This document shows positions 27,282-37,471 of a DNA stretch of 64,000 nt, piece by piece; within the stretch, counting starts at the first letter, position 1; every line of letters begins with the position of its first letter. Below the pieces are notes generated by a model. That model ran no database searches. It worked only from the letters and a program-made list of their open reading frames with translations, and had not been told where the DNA came from. This stretch comes from Rothia sp. (in: high G+C Gram-positive bacteria) (GTDB lineage: Bacteria > Actinomycetota > Actinomycetes > Actinomycetales > Micrococcaceae): the NCBI GenBank assembly GCA_030530925.1, contig JAUMUA010000003.1, forward strand, positions 17,366 through 81,365, in the 5' to 3' direction. Position numbers and translations under genes: made by a program.

Positions 27282-29492
27282 CTAAACCATCGTGTCAAAA
27301 CGCTCCCACACACGGTGTGAAGAAAGAAGACTCTTCATCTGATCTAGACCTTCATCTAGCGAATCTACAGTGAGAACTCCTGCAGAATTCTCCAAACTCT
27401 GGGAACGAATTAGATCATTACCCTCGCCAACTGCCACAATTGCCTTTGCGTGTCTCCAGCTCTCATTGAGAATCATCACTACACGCGGATCAGTGGAGGA
27501 AGAGCTAGATGCTCCCGCTTTGGCATCTCGAGCCACAGCCGCATCAGCTGCAGGAGAAGGATTACCAGCCAAGAGAAGCCCATCAAACTCTACCGAACGC
27601 ACCACAGAGAACGTTCTATCAACGGGCACGCCACCAATCTCGCCACCTCGAGCTGAAATCACCATAGGCACCATCGACTGATCGGTAATCTGTCGATGAA
27701 GGTGAGCCAAATCAGCGGGCGGATTTTTCTCATCAACTATGATTCCAATAATCCGCCCCTCAACCGGCCACTGCTTGCCCAACTGGGAAAGGGCTGGGCT
27801 AGGTTCAAGGTGTAACTGAACATCATTTTGCGCAGCAGGTGCTTCTAATCCCAACGCATTGGCTACTTCGCTACAAAGAACTGCATCAATTTCCGCTAAA
27901 CACTGCAGTTGCCTCTTTTGAATCTCAGGTTCATAAACTTTACCTAACTCGAAAGAATACGCCGCAATGATGTGATCTTTTTCCAGATCCGTCATGGACT
28001 GCCAGAATAAACGCGCCTGACTAAAATGATCTTCAAAGCTCGAAGGTGACTGACGAACTTTCTCACTAGCTTGTACCTCCACAGGGATATCAATAAAAGC
28101 ATGATCGTTCAACGTAGCAGGCGCGGGGTTTCCCCCATCAAGAGTGTTTGGCTGATACGGCGCTACACCGGTGTGGTTCGCTTGTTGATGGAATCCATCC
28201 CGGAACATATCGTTGACCTCGGCATGGGGTCGGTTAATGGGAATCTGGTTGAAATTCGGTCCACCTAACCGAGTGAGCTGAGTATCGACATAGGAGAAGA
28301 GCCGTCCTTGCAAAAGGGGATCATTCGTAACGTCAATACCGGGGACAAGATGACCGGGGTGAAATGCTACTTGCTCAGTTTCTGCAAAGTAATTACGCGG
28401 ATTTGCATTGAGGGTCATTTTGCCAATAAGTTGCACCGGAGCTAATTCCTCAGGGATGAGCTTAGTTGGATCCAAAAGATCGATCCCCTGGAACATCTGC
28501 TCTTCATTATCAGGAAAAACCTGTACGCCTAACTCCCATTCAGGGTAAGCTCCAGACTCGATAGCATCTGCAAGATCCCTACGATGAGCGTCGGGGTCTG
28601 CACCACCGGTAAGCTGTGCTTCATCCCAAGTGAGGGAGTGAACACCGAGCTTGGGTTTCCAATGGAATTTGACCAAAGAGGTCTCCCCTTGCTCGTTCTG
28701 CAGACGGAAGGTGTGCACGCCGAAGCCTTCCATCATGCGATATGAGCGCGGGATACCACGATCAGACATGTTCCACATGGTGTGATGCTGTGCCTCAGTA
28801 TGCAAGGACACAAAATCCCAGAAAGTGTCATGGGCGCTTTGAGCCTGGGGGATTTCGCGATCGGGGTGGGCTTTACCTGCATGGATGAGGTCAGGGAATT
28901 TGATGCCATCTTGGATAAAGAAGACAGGCATATTATTGCCTACAAGATCAAAATTTCCTTCATCGGTGTAGAACTTAACAGCAAAACCTCGGGTGTCTCG
29001 AACGGTGTCTGCAGATCCACGTGAGCCCAGTACTGTGGAGAACCGGACGAAGACGGGGGTTTTTTGCTCAGGTTGGAGGAAACCTGCCCGAGTAAGAGAT
29101 GCCGCGGTACCATAGCTTTCAAAGATGCCATGGGCTGCCGCTCCCCGGGCGTGAACCACACGTTCTGGGATTCGTTCGTGGTCGAAGTGCGTGATTTTTT
29201 CCCGGAAGTGGTGATCTTGAAGTAGGGCTGGTCCTCGAGCACCCGCTTTAAGAGTGTGGTTGGTGTCCTGTATACGTGCGCCTGCTGAAGTGGTTTGAAA
29301 GCAACCTTGTTGACGCAATTGTTCGGGAGTGTCTGATGAGGCCTTACCGGTAGGAGTGTAGGGGGTGTTTTGTTGCTGATCTTTTTTAGGGGGCAAGGGG
29401 GTAGTTGGGTCAGATGGCTGGGTTGGTGAAGGTGTTTGGGAGGCAGGTTTTCCGGGGGCGGGTTTGAGGTTCTTTGGGTCTGCGGAGTCCAT
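27282..29492 (-). CDS. katE: Large-subunit catalase (HPII)
   Basis: FDHERIPERVVHARG, RLFSYVDTQ heme-Tyr, C-terminal DJ-1/flavodoxin-like domain. Confidence 0.95.
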   Translation of the reverse strand: MDSADPKNLKPAPGKPASQTPSPTQPSDPTTPLPPKKDQQQNTPYTPTGKASSDTPEQLRQQGCFQTTSAGARIQDTNHTLKAGARGPALLQDHHFREKITHFDHERIPERVVHARGAAAHGIFESYGTAASLTRAGFLQPEQKTPVFVRFSTVLGSRGSADTVRDTRGFAVKFYTDEGNFDLVGNNMPVFFIQDGIKFPDLIHAGKAHPDREIPQAQSAHDTFWDFVSLHTEAQHHTMWNMSDRGIPRSYRMMEGFGVHTFRLQNEQGETSLVKFHWKPKLGVHSLTWDEAQLTGGADPDAHRRDLADAIESGAYPEWELGVQVFPDNEEQMFQGIDLLDPTKLIPEELAPVQLIGKMTLNANPRNYFAETEQVAFHPGHLVPGIDVTNDPLLQGRLFSYVDTQLTRLGGPNFNQIPINRPHAEVNDMFRDGFHQQANHTGVAPYQPNTLDGGNPAPATLNDHAFIDIPVEVQASEKVRQSPSSFEDHFSQARLFWQSMTDLEKDHIIAAYSFELGKVYEPEIQKRQLQCLAEIDAVLCSEVANALGLEAPAAQNDVQLHLEPSPALSQLGKQWPVEGRIIGIIVDEKNPPADLAHLHRQITDQSMVPMVISARGGEIGGVPVDRTFSVVRSVEFDGLLLAGNPSPAADAAVARDAKAGASSSSSTDPRVVMILNESWRHAKAIVAVGEGNDLIRSQSLENSAGVLTVDSLDEGLDQMKSLLSSHRVWERFDTMV

Positions 29493-29689
29493 GATGATCC
29501 TTCTAAGTTAGCGGGTTTCACTGGGGAAGTTTGTAATAACCAGTAGTCTTAGTATATACATCGGTGCGGTTTTAGGGTCGGGAGTGAAGAACTTTTCACC
29601 AGCACATATCAATTGAGAAATCGTTGAGATATAACCTAAAAAAATCTTTCATCTCCTCCCGAAATCTGGGTGCGCTACTCTAGTAGACG

Positions 29690-30331
29690 ATGAACAAGCA
29701 ATCTTCTGCCCCTTCCCGCACCCCGCGCAACCCTGCCCTGCGCACTGTTGCGGCAGTTTTGGCGCATTGGCAGATTCTTGCATCGGGCGTTTTGCTCACT
29801 GCTGGCGTCGTGGGTTTGCACGAGACGTACCCCGATTATTGTGGGCAAACCGATCTCACCTACGCCCCCACCGAGGTGCGAGGTGCCATCGAACTAGCTT
29901 CGCAAGAATCGGGGTACCGCCCCGGAGTTATTGCTGCACAGCTAGAAACCGAATCGCACTGGCGTGCCGGGGCTTCCTCGCAGGCAGGCGCTAAAGGGCT
30001 CGCGCAGTTTACTGACGAAACGTGGGCACACTATGGTCACGGCGATCCCACTAACCCTGCCGATTCGATTGCCGCGCAGGGGCGCTATCTTGCCTACCTC
30101 AAACACCGATTTGAACCACTAGCACACGGTAATGATGACGAACTGCTCAAGTTAGTGCTCGCAGGTTACAACGCCGGCCCGGGCGCCGTCGAAGAACATA
30201 AGGGAATCCCGCCCTACGCCGAAACTCAAGACTACGTGCGAAAGATTACCGAGCTTTCGAATACCAAATATAAGACGACGTGCGAACCTGACCCCTCATT
30301 CAAACAGTCCAAACTGGTTGGCGCTTCATAA
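29690..30331 (+). CDS. Lytic transglycosylase (SLT domain)
   Basis: AQLETES, GAKGLAQF, AGYNAGPG and ETQDYV motifs; N-terminal TM. Confidence 0.9.
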   Translation: MNKQSSAPSRTPRNPALRTVAAVLAHWQILASGVLLTAGVVGLHETYPDYCGQTDLTYAPTEVRGAIELASQESGYRPGVIAAQLETESHWRAGASSQAGAKGLAQFTDETWAHYGHGDPTNPADSIAAQGRYLAYLKHRFEPLAHGNDDELLKLVLAGYNAGPGAVEEHKGIPPYAETQDYVRKITELSNTKYKTTCEPDPSFKQSKLVGAS

Positions 30332-30333
30332 AC

Positions 30334-31953
30334 CTATTCCATTTCGATGGGGCCGGTGATGCGAATTTCGTCGAGGTCAGTCTGTTCAAGAAGATAGATG
30401 AGCGCTTCGTCGTCGATCTTGCCTTCGTCGCGATAACGAATCATGTTCTCGCGGGTCTGGCGAATAATTGCCAATCGTAGCTTTTTGACCTCTTCGCGCT
30501 CCTCCAAAATCTTGTCTTCAATGCCCACGGCACTGGCGTTAACCCACTTTTTGCGCTGGCTCTTCCAGTCGGCTTTCATGCGCTCGGCAACGCTCGGTGA
30601 TACTCCGCTTTCTACCACCAACGCATCAAAGTTTTCGTAGATATTACGCATGGAATCAAGCGTGGCGCCGCGAATTTCTCGATTTTGTGCGTCTGGGCCC
30701 TCTCTATTGACGTTGGGATTTGCCTGTTGCCAGCGCACGGCAAGGGGCAGAAGGCTTCCCTGCACAACCAACGAAAGAATCACGATGCCGCTGGTAATAA
30801 AAATAATGACGTCGCGGTACGGGAATGGCTCGCCCTCAGCTAGGGCGGCAGGAATCGAGAGCGCAACCGCTAACGAGATGCCTCCGCGAAAACCTGCAAG
30901 ATTTGAGACTAGGCGGTCTGCAAAAGTGGTGCGGCGCAAACGCTGTTGCGGACGACGGTCAAGCAGGCGAATCGATCGAATAGTCAGCTCCGTGAATACA
31001 AAACGAGCCGCCAGTATCACCACGTAAAGAATCAGTGTTGCCCAGAGCGCGTGCTGCAACGTATCAGAACTGAGGTTGTGCACCACGTAGGGCAGGATGC
31101 AGCCCATGAGGAAGAACAGGAGCGAGTTCAGGATATAGGTGGTGATTCCCCAGAAGGGGCGGGCAAGAAAACGCGAGCCGGTGGTCTGAAAACGCGGCCC
31201 TGCCTGTGCCATGTATAGACCGCAGACCACCACGGCGAGCACACCTGACGCTTCGATGAGTTCTGCCAGAAAGTACATGATGAACGGGGTAAGCAACCAC
31301 CAAAGATTAGCAATCATAGGGTTCTTTACGTGCCCGCTCAAGCGCGCAAGAACCCAGCCACCAGCAAGACCAATGACGGTGCCGCCCCCAAACGAAATAA
31401 GGAAGGCTGTTAGCGCGTGAGGAACCGTGATTTCTTGGTGCTCACCGGCGTATTCCAACGCTAGGGCAAAAACCACTAGCGCCGTGCCGTCGTTGATGAG
31501 CGATTCCGCACGCAAAACTACCATCTGACCTTTGGCAATGCCCTTGCCCAAAGAGGTGACGGCGGTGGCGTCAGTGGGTCCAATAGCGGCGCCAATCAGC
31601 AGCGCTGCCCCCAGCGAAAGCCCTACGAACTGACCCACTATTCCCACTGCAACGGCAACAAAAATCACCATCAACGTACCCGAAATTAGTACGCCGCGGA
31701 AAGCTCGCTTAATGCCCCGTACCGAGATATTAAGCGCTTCCCAGTAAAGAAGAATCGGCAAAAAGATGCTGAGAACTAGTTCAGGAGAGATGATCTCGAT
31801 GCGCGGGAATTGCGGTATGAGCGAGACGATTGCGCCCACCATAATAAGCACTAGCGGGCCAACGAGTTTGAAGCGTTCTGCCAGCCAGTTGCTGAGGATA
31901 AGACCAGCAAGAATGATGATGATAATTTCGACCAAGGGAGGGCTTTCGAGCAT
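30334..31953 (-). CDS. CPA1 Na+/H+ antiporter
   Basis: PTDATAV, ESLINDG and GFRGGISLA motifs. Confidence 0.9.
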   Translation of the reverse strand: MLESPPLVEIIIIILAGLILSNWLAERFKLVGPLVLIMVGAIVSLIPQFPRIEIISPELVLSIFLPILLYWEALNISVRGIKRAFRGVLISGTLMVIFVAVAVGIVGQFVGLSLGAALLIGAAIGPTDATAVTSLGKGIAKGQMVVLRAESLINDGTALVVFALALEYAGEHQEITVPHALTAFLISFGGGTVIGLAGGWVLARLSGHVKNPMIANLWWLLTPFIMYFLAELIEASGVLAVVVCGLYMAQAGPRFQTTGSRFLARPFWGITTYILNSLLFFLMGCILPYVVHNLSSDTLQHALWATLILYVVILAARFVFTELTIRSIRLLDRRPQQRLRRTTFADRLVSNLAGFRGGISLAVALSIPAALAEGEPFPYRDVIIFITSGIVILSLVVQGSLLPLAVRWQQANPNVNREGPDAQNREIRGATLDSMRNIYENFDALVVESGVSPSVAERMKADWKSQRKKWVNASAVGIEDKILEEREEVKKLRLAIIRQTRENMIRYRDEGKIDDEALIYLLEQTDLDEIRITGPIEME

Positions 31954-32069
31954 GCGGAGATGCCAAAACGGCCAGGATTAGTTCAAATATAAAGAATCTG
32001 CTGGGCGTATAACTCTTTATTTCTGAAGTTTCAGCCTGCACCCCCGAAAGCCCCGATGATTTGAAGGAT

Positions 32070-33266
32070 CTACCTCAGCACTGCACGAACCGACGAGTAA
32101 CCCACCACCGGGTACACCGAATTTTCGATAGCGATAACCTCTATGGCTTCAGTTCCAGCCAGTAATTCTTCTACGAGAATACGCAGCTCCAACCGCGCTA
32201 ACGGCGCACCGGGGCATACGTGAATTCCAGCACCGTACACCAAATTATTTTCCTGGGTTCTCTCTGGGCGGTACTCAGTTGCCGCTTCGAAGGCATCTTC
32301 GTCACGGTTGGCAGCGGTCCAGTTAAGGGTGACGCGCGAACCGGCTGTAATTGTCTGCCCACGCAGTTCTACGTCCTGAGTGGTGATACGGCGGTTAGTT
32401 ACTAGCGGGTCTTGTAAGCGCATCATTTCTTCAACGGCTGCAGGAATCGCCGCTGGATTCTCTCGTAACCGTTGAGCCTCTTGAGGGTTTTGGCCCAAGA
32501 AATTAACCACGATTCCAGCGCACGCTGAAACAGTAGATAGCTCTCCCACCGTCCAATTGCGAATCAAAGAAATGAGTTCTTCGTCCGTCATGGTGCGAGT
32601 ATCTTGGGGTTCGCCCGCAACCTGCGATAAATCGACGCGATCGTTGAGTAGCTCAGTGGTGACGTCGTCCGGCGCTGCTGCGCCTGCCTGCTTGCGCTCC
32701 TGCAGTAAATCGCGAATGTAACCATCGAATTCTAGGGCGACTTTTGCGATTTCCTCACGATCTCGATTGAGGGTGGCTACGCGGTTTTTCTCCATCCAAT
32801 CAATCAAGGGTTTTTCTAGGCTGGCGGGCCAGCCCATAAAAGCATTTTGAATACGAACCGCATAAAGTTTGGCAAAGTCAGCCATGATTTCTACTTCTTG
32901 TTCGCGAGGTAGATCAGCGATAAGGCGCTTTACTTCTTGGCGAATTTTAGGCTCGAACTCTTCCATACGCTGGGGCGTAAAGTAGCGGTCATTAATTGCA
33001 CGAAAAGGAGTATGTTCGGGTTGATCTAGTCCGTTGGGCACTGCAACGTGACGGGTAGAGACCCGGTTAGAAAAAATCTCTGGGTGAGCGAGCGCGAACT
33101 TGATGTCCTCATTTTTAAAGAGGCTAAAGCCCATGTATTCGTCGTGGGCTACGGGGCACTTGCTACGCATGGAATCGTACGCGGCAATCTGATCTTTTTG
33201 TACGGTCTCAGCGCGAGAATCCCAGGTGTACTGTTCGTTGTTTTCGGGGGTGTTATTACTAGTCAT
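32070..33266 (-). CDS. Cytochrome P450
   Basis: EEMMR (ExxR), ANRDE and YGAGIHVCPG heme-Cys motifs. Confidence 0.92.
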   Translation of the reverse strand: MTSNNTPENNEQYTWDSRAETVQKDQIAAYDSMRSKCPVAHDEYMGFSLFKNEDIKFALAHPEIFSNRVSTRHVAVPNGLDQPEHTPFRAINDRYFTPQRMEEFEPKIRQEVKRLIADLPREQEVEIMADFAKLYAVRIQNAFMGWPASLEKPLIDWMEKNRVATLNRDREEIAKVALEFDGYIRDLLQERKQAGAAAPDDVTTELLNDRVDLSQVAGEPQDTRTMTDEELISLIRNWTVGELSTVSACAGIVVNFLGQNPQEAQRLRENPAAIPAAVEEMMRLQDPLVTNRRITTQDVELRGQTITAGSRVTLNWTAANRDEDAFEAATEYRPERTQENNLVYGAGIHVCPGAPLARLELRILVEELLAGTEAIEVIAIENSVYPVVGYSSVRAVLR

Positions 33267-33402
33267 GGGGTGGCTCTCATCAAATTAAATTAGTATTTTA
33301 TATACATATTTTATATTAGCACTCGGCTTTTTACAGTGCACGGAGCGGGCTCAACAGCTTAGCTTCACCACTACCCCGCACACCTACCCCTCAGCAATAT
33401 TT

Positions 33403-34161
33403 TTAGGACTCTGTGCTCTTATTAGCCTTCGCAAGATCCACAAATTCGTGCGCGTAGTCGGTGATGATTCCGTCCACGCCCCAGTTGAACAGCTCGTTGG
33501 CGCGACCGCGCGAATTCACGGTCCACGCATTGATTTCAAAACTGGCGGCGTGCATTTCATCCACGAGTTCGGGGGTGAGCGCGGCGGCGTCGGGGTGAAC
33601 GGCATCGGCGTCGATGAATTCTAGGGTGGTGCGCCAGTTGGACGCGAGCATTTCGGGTCCCATCAGCGCAGCCACGCAGTATTGCGGGGCGCGGCGCTTG
33701 AACTCAGCCAGCGCCAAGTAGTCAAAGGAACTAATGATCACTTCGCGGTCGTCGTCGAGGTTTTCAAGTTCTGCAATGACGGCGTCAATCAGTTGGATTG
33801 CCTTCTCCGCACCCTGCCCGTTGGGCTTGAGTTCGATATTACCGTTGAGCTCTTTCTTGTTCATCAGCTCAACAAGTTGTGCCAGGGTAGGAAGCTTCTG
33901 GCCGCGGTATTCGCGGCCAAACCACGAGCCGGCGTCAATACCTTCAAGATCTTTTGCGCTGAGATCGTAGATGGATCCGGTGCGGTTGGTGGTGCGGTCT
34001 AACAAAGTGTCGTGAATGACTACGGGTGTACCGTCGCCAAGAATATCAATGTCGGTTTCGAACCACTTCACATTGTTCTCGGCGCAGGCGCCGATAGCTA
34101 CGAGCGTATTCTCGGGAGCTACGGAGGATAATCCGCGGTGGGCAAAGATACGGCGGGGCAT
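33403..34161 (-). CDS. Glycerophosphodiester phosphodiesterase
   Basis: AHRG..PENT, ETD, HD..RTT, WTVN and DGIITD motifs. Confidence 0.93.
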   Translation of the reverse strand: MPRRIFAHRGLSSVAPENTLVAIGACAENNVKWFETDIDILGDGTPVVIHDTLLDRTTNRTGSIYDLSAKDLEGIDAGSWFGREYRGQKLPTLAQLVELMNKKELNGNIELKPNGQGAEKAIQLIDAVIAELENLDDDREVIISSFDYLALAEFKRRAPQYCVAALMGPEMLASNWRTTLEFIDADAVHPDAAALTPELVDEMHAASFEINAWTVNSRGRANELFNWGVDGIITDYAHEFVDLAKANKSTES

Positions 34162-34472
34162 GGAATCTCCTGTTGAATAAGACGTATGGTTTTACCCCAC
34201 CTTACGCGCCTGGCGGTGAATACCGCACGGGGTGATCGAGTGCGAGGTCGTGAATGTCGGGTAAATTTTGAAGTGTGCCTCTTGGTATTGGCTTGAAACC
34301 ATAAAGATTTGACATTCACACAACGGGGTACCAACTTGTGAGGAAGTCTCATACTTTGTCCTCGTGAGTATGAAGCCCCCCGGGAAAACTCTCGTTCGCC
34401 CAAAACGCATCCGTTATTGAGAGATATCTAGATCTCCGGAATTGAATGATTCTAAAAAACATGACCACCACC

Positions 34473-34503
34473 TTGACCCTTACGCAACGTCAGTTTCTAG
34501 AGT
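34473..34503 (+). promoter_or_regulatory. MerR-type promoter TTGACC-N19-TAGAGT with operator in the spacer
   Basis: 19 bp spacer typical of MerR promoters; TGAC...GTCA dyad; directly upstream of the TipA-like gene. Confidence 0.75.
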
Positions 34504-34523
34504 AAAAAGCGTTAGGAGGAGCG

Positions 34524-35297
34524 ATGGAAACGTTCGATAAAGAGACACTCAGTGTCGGTCAGGTTTCTGAGCTCATGGGGGTCAGCGTTCGCACGCTGCA
34601 CCACTTTGAAGATAAAGGTCTTATCAACCCCGCGCGCACCACAAAGGGTTACCGCATGTACTCCGCGCTCGATATTGATCGATTACACCAGATCTTGGTG
34701 TACCGCAGTCTGGACTTTCCGCTCGATAGCATTGGGCGCATTATTGACGACGGTGCACCAACACAGCATCTTGAACGGCAGAAAACGCTCCTCACCGCAA
34801 AAATCCGCGATTTGCAATCCATTTTGCACGCGGTGGAATCTCTTATGGAGGTCAACATGAACACTCCCACACCCGCCGAAAAGGCACGCGCCGCACACGC
34901 ACAGTACGCCGAAGAAACTGAGCAACACTTTGGGCACAGCGATGCCTACAGGCAATCCGCCGCACGCACCGCTCGTTTTACCGACGACGATTGGCGCCAG
35001 GCGACCGCCGAGAGTGAGGCGCTCGAAGCCACCTGTGCACAGGCGTTGCGTGAGGGAGTCGTCCCTGGTTCGGGTGTTGCCAACAAATTGGCAGAGCAAC
35101 ACCGCACCAGCATCAACCGCTACTTTGATTGTTCCTACTCGCAACAGGTGCTGATTGCTAAGAGCTATGTGGCAGACCCGCGGTTTTCAGCCCACTACAA
35201 CGAACGCGAACCCGGTTTGGCACAGTGGATTCACGATGCGATTTTAGCCAATGCCACCATCCACGGGGTAAATGTTGAGAACCCTGAGTGGGTTTAG
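34524..35297 (+). CDS. MerR-family regulator with TipAS domain (TipA/Mta-like)
   Basis: SVGQVSELMGVSVRTLHHF HTH; C-terminal YFDCS..YVADPRF..GLAQWI. Confidence 0.88.
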   Translation: METFDKETLSVGQVSELMGVSVRTLHHFEDKGLINPARTTKGYRMYSALDIDRLHQILVYRSLDFPLDSIGRIIDDGAPTQHLERQKTLLTAKIRDLQSILHAVESLMEVNMNTPTPAEKARAAHAQYAEETEQHFGHSDAYRQSAARTARFTDDDWRQATAESEALEATCAQALREGVVPGSGVANKLAEQHRTSINRYFDCSYSQQVLIAKSYVADPRFSAHYNEREPGLAQWIHDAILANATIHGVNVENPEWV

Positions 35298-35371
35298 AGG
35301 GCGAAAAATAACGAGAGGTTGCCCAAGATCTACAGGAGATGTTTGAGGTTTTGGACAACCTCTTTACATTT

Positions 35372-35387
35372 TGTGACAGGTATCACA
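35372..35387. promoter_or_regulatory. CRP/GlxR site TGTGA-N6-TCACA
   Basis: Exact consensus TGTGACAGGTATCACA upstream of the 35406 ORF. Confidence 0.65.
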
Positions 35388-35405
35388 TAATATAATCAAT
35401 TATCC

Positions 35406-35789
35406 ATGTCATATAAGGATTCACCCATGCCCCTCCCCACCCGCCGCATCGTTGAAGTATTGCTCGGCGTTCTACTTATTGCCGGTTTGGCCACTGCCCT
35501 AGTTATGGGTTTTCTACACGAACAAAAGCTCAACGACGCCAAGACGCACTGCAACCTTCTACAATCACCTCAAGAAGTTTCTCAGGCGCTGAAAGAACAC
35601 CCTGAACTCAAAAAAGAGTTTGAAGCTATTGGAAGTTCTGTGCAAGTAAAACAAACTGAAGCGTGCAATGGCAATAAAGCTATCGTGACTGTCACTTATG
35701 CCACCGCTAATGAAAAGAAAGCAATCGAGCAAAAGCTGGCAGAAGGTCCTTATTTTGGAACTGCCGCCGAGGTCATCAAAGCGGGCTAA
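35406..35789 (+). CDS. Hypothetical membrane-anchored protein
   Basis: N-terminal TM and a small extracellular domain with two Cys. Confidence 0.65.
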   Translation: MSYKDSPMPLPTRRIVEVLLGVLLIAGLATALVMGFLHEQKLNDAKTHCNLLQSPQEVSQALKEHPELKKEFEAIGSSVQVKQTEACNGNKAIVTVTYATANEKKAIEQKLAEGPYFGTAAEVIKAG

Positions 35790-36229
35790 TTCAAGTTTGC
35801 CGTCTTGTTGTATTTTTCGAGCAGGGCAAGAAAAAGTTGACGCTCTTCGGGCATCCAATCTTTGAGGTGCTTTTCAAGAAGCCCAGCCCATAGCTGGTCA
35901 GAATCCCTCAGAGCTTGCTCACCAAAAGGGGTAAGGGCAAGGCGGTGGCTGCGCTTATTGAGGGGGTCCTCAATTTTTTGAAGATATCCTTTCTTTTCAA
36001 GGGTAGTGACCTGGCGGCTAATGGTGGATTTTTCTGAACCAACGATTTCGGCAAGTTCACGCGGATGCATGCCAGGGTGCTCCCGCAGGGCTTTCAAAAG
36101 TAAAGACTCGTTATAGGTGAATCCAAAATCTTTCTTGATGCGCGAGTGGTGAAAATTCTTGATGAGGAGTCGCAACTCTAAAAGAATGTGATTCACAATA
36201 TCTTCTTGGTTCATTGATTTCTTACTCAC
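35786..36229 (-). CDS. MarR family regulator
   Basis: ELAEIVGSEKSTISRQVTTLEKKG..DPLNKRS..LTPFG pattern. Confidence 0.9.
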   Translation of the reverse strand: MSKKSMNQEDIVNHILLELRLLIKNFHHSRIKKDFGFTYNESLLLKALREHPGMHPRELAEIVGSEKSTISRQVTTLEKKGYLQKIEDPLNKRSHRLALTPFGEQALRDSDQLWAGLLEKHLKDWMPEERQLFLALLEKYNKTANLN

Positions 36230-36246
36230 TCCTTATTACTATCATC

Positions 36247-36261
36247 GTTGTATTATACAAC
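36247..36261. promoter_or_regulatory. MarR operator GTTGTATTATACAAC
   Basis: Dyad in the 49 bp divergent intergenic region. Confidence 0.6.
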
Positions 36262-36278
36262 TATTCCAAGTAGGCATT

Positions 36279-37382
36279 GTGTCGTCATCTAAAGTTTCCA
36301 CTCCCCCCGTCCCTTCATTAAAAACGGTCTCAGAACACGCACTTCTCTCAACCCTCATGGCGCTCATCATGTTGCTGGCATACCTCGGCGGTTTTCATAA
36401 ACCAGCAATTCATGACCTCGATATAGCCCTCGTCACCAATAATGCGCAAAGCTCAGTGGCGCTTCAACAGAACCTCAACAGCGCGCTAGGCGACGGGTTG
36501 CACATTCGCTCCCTTGCATCAGAAGAAGAGGCACAAGAACAACTTAAGAATCGACAAATTTCGGGCGCATATATGCCCGGGAAAGATCATGCCACGCTAC
36601 TGCTTGCCTCTGCAGATTCTGGTGCAACCGCCGAAACTCTCACTAAAGTTTTCCAAAAAGCCACCCAGCAACAAGGCATTCCGTTGCTCATCAACGACGT
36701 CGTACCCACCGATGAGAATGACCCCATTGGGCAAAACATCTTCTTCTACCTGGTGGCGCTCTCTGTAGGGTCGTACGCAACGTCCATCGCCATTGCCGCG
36801 GCCGGTGCAATGCGTGCCATGAAAGACCGCATTGCCCTCGCCATCGTTGCTGCTATTGCAATCCCCACTGTTTTCCTCTTTGTTTCCTACTGGTTATTCG
36901 GGCTCTTTGACGGTCACCTTCGAGCAGCCTGGGCATTGTCGGTTCTCTACTCGGCAGCCGTGCTTTTTGTGGGTGTTGGACTACGCCCCCTCGTCGGACA
37001 TTACTGCACCTTGCTCTACGCAACACTGTTCGTTGGCCTGAATTTCACCTCATCAGGCGGGGTATTCTCCCCGGATCTACAACCCACCTTTTTCCAAATT
37101 CTGCACCACTTCTGGATTGGTGCCGGCTTTGTTGAAACGATGCGTAACATCACCTACTTCCCCGCGGTTTCCATTGCCAACCCGCTCACCGTGCTCATTG
37201 TTTGGCTCGTTGCTGGTTTATTATGTTTGGTAATTGGTGGCGCCTACGAGCGCCGTCAAAAGAAGCTCAACGCTTTGATTTCTACTGCCGACGGACGCGC
37301 GCGCCACGCCGCCGCACAGAACCAGCACCAGTTGCCAGACGACGTTGAAGAAGAGCTCGAAGAAAACGTAGCACCCGCCTAA
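36279..37382 (+). CDS. ABC-2/DUF3533-like membrane protein
   Basis: AYLGGFHKP, extracellular loop, five C-terminal TMs, NFTSSGG. Confidence 0.75.
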   Translation: MSSSKVSTPPVPSLKTVSEHALLSTLMALIMLLAYLGGFHKPAIHDLDIALVTNNAQSSVALQQNLNSALGDGLHIRSLASEEEAQEQLKNRQISGAYMPGKDHATLLLASADSGATAETLTKVFQKATQQQGIPLLINDVVPTDENDPIGQNIFFYLVALSVGSYATSIAIAAAGAMRAMKDRIALAIVAAIAIPTVFLFVSYWLFGLFDGHLRAAWALSVLYSAAVLFVGVGLRPLVGHYCTLLYATLFVGLNFTSSGGVFSPDLQPTFFQILHHFWIGAGFVETMRNITYFPAVSIANPLTVLIVWLVAGLLCLVIGGAYERRQKKLNALISTADGRARHAAAQNQHQLPDDVEEELEENVAPA

Positions 37383-37471
37383 AACGCTTATTAGCTGGTA
37401 AGTTCGGTGTTCAATTGATAAAGAAGACACCCCATGCGAGAAACCGGGGTGATGAGGAGGTAGGTAGTATC

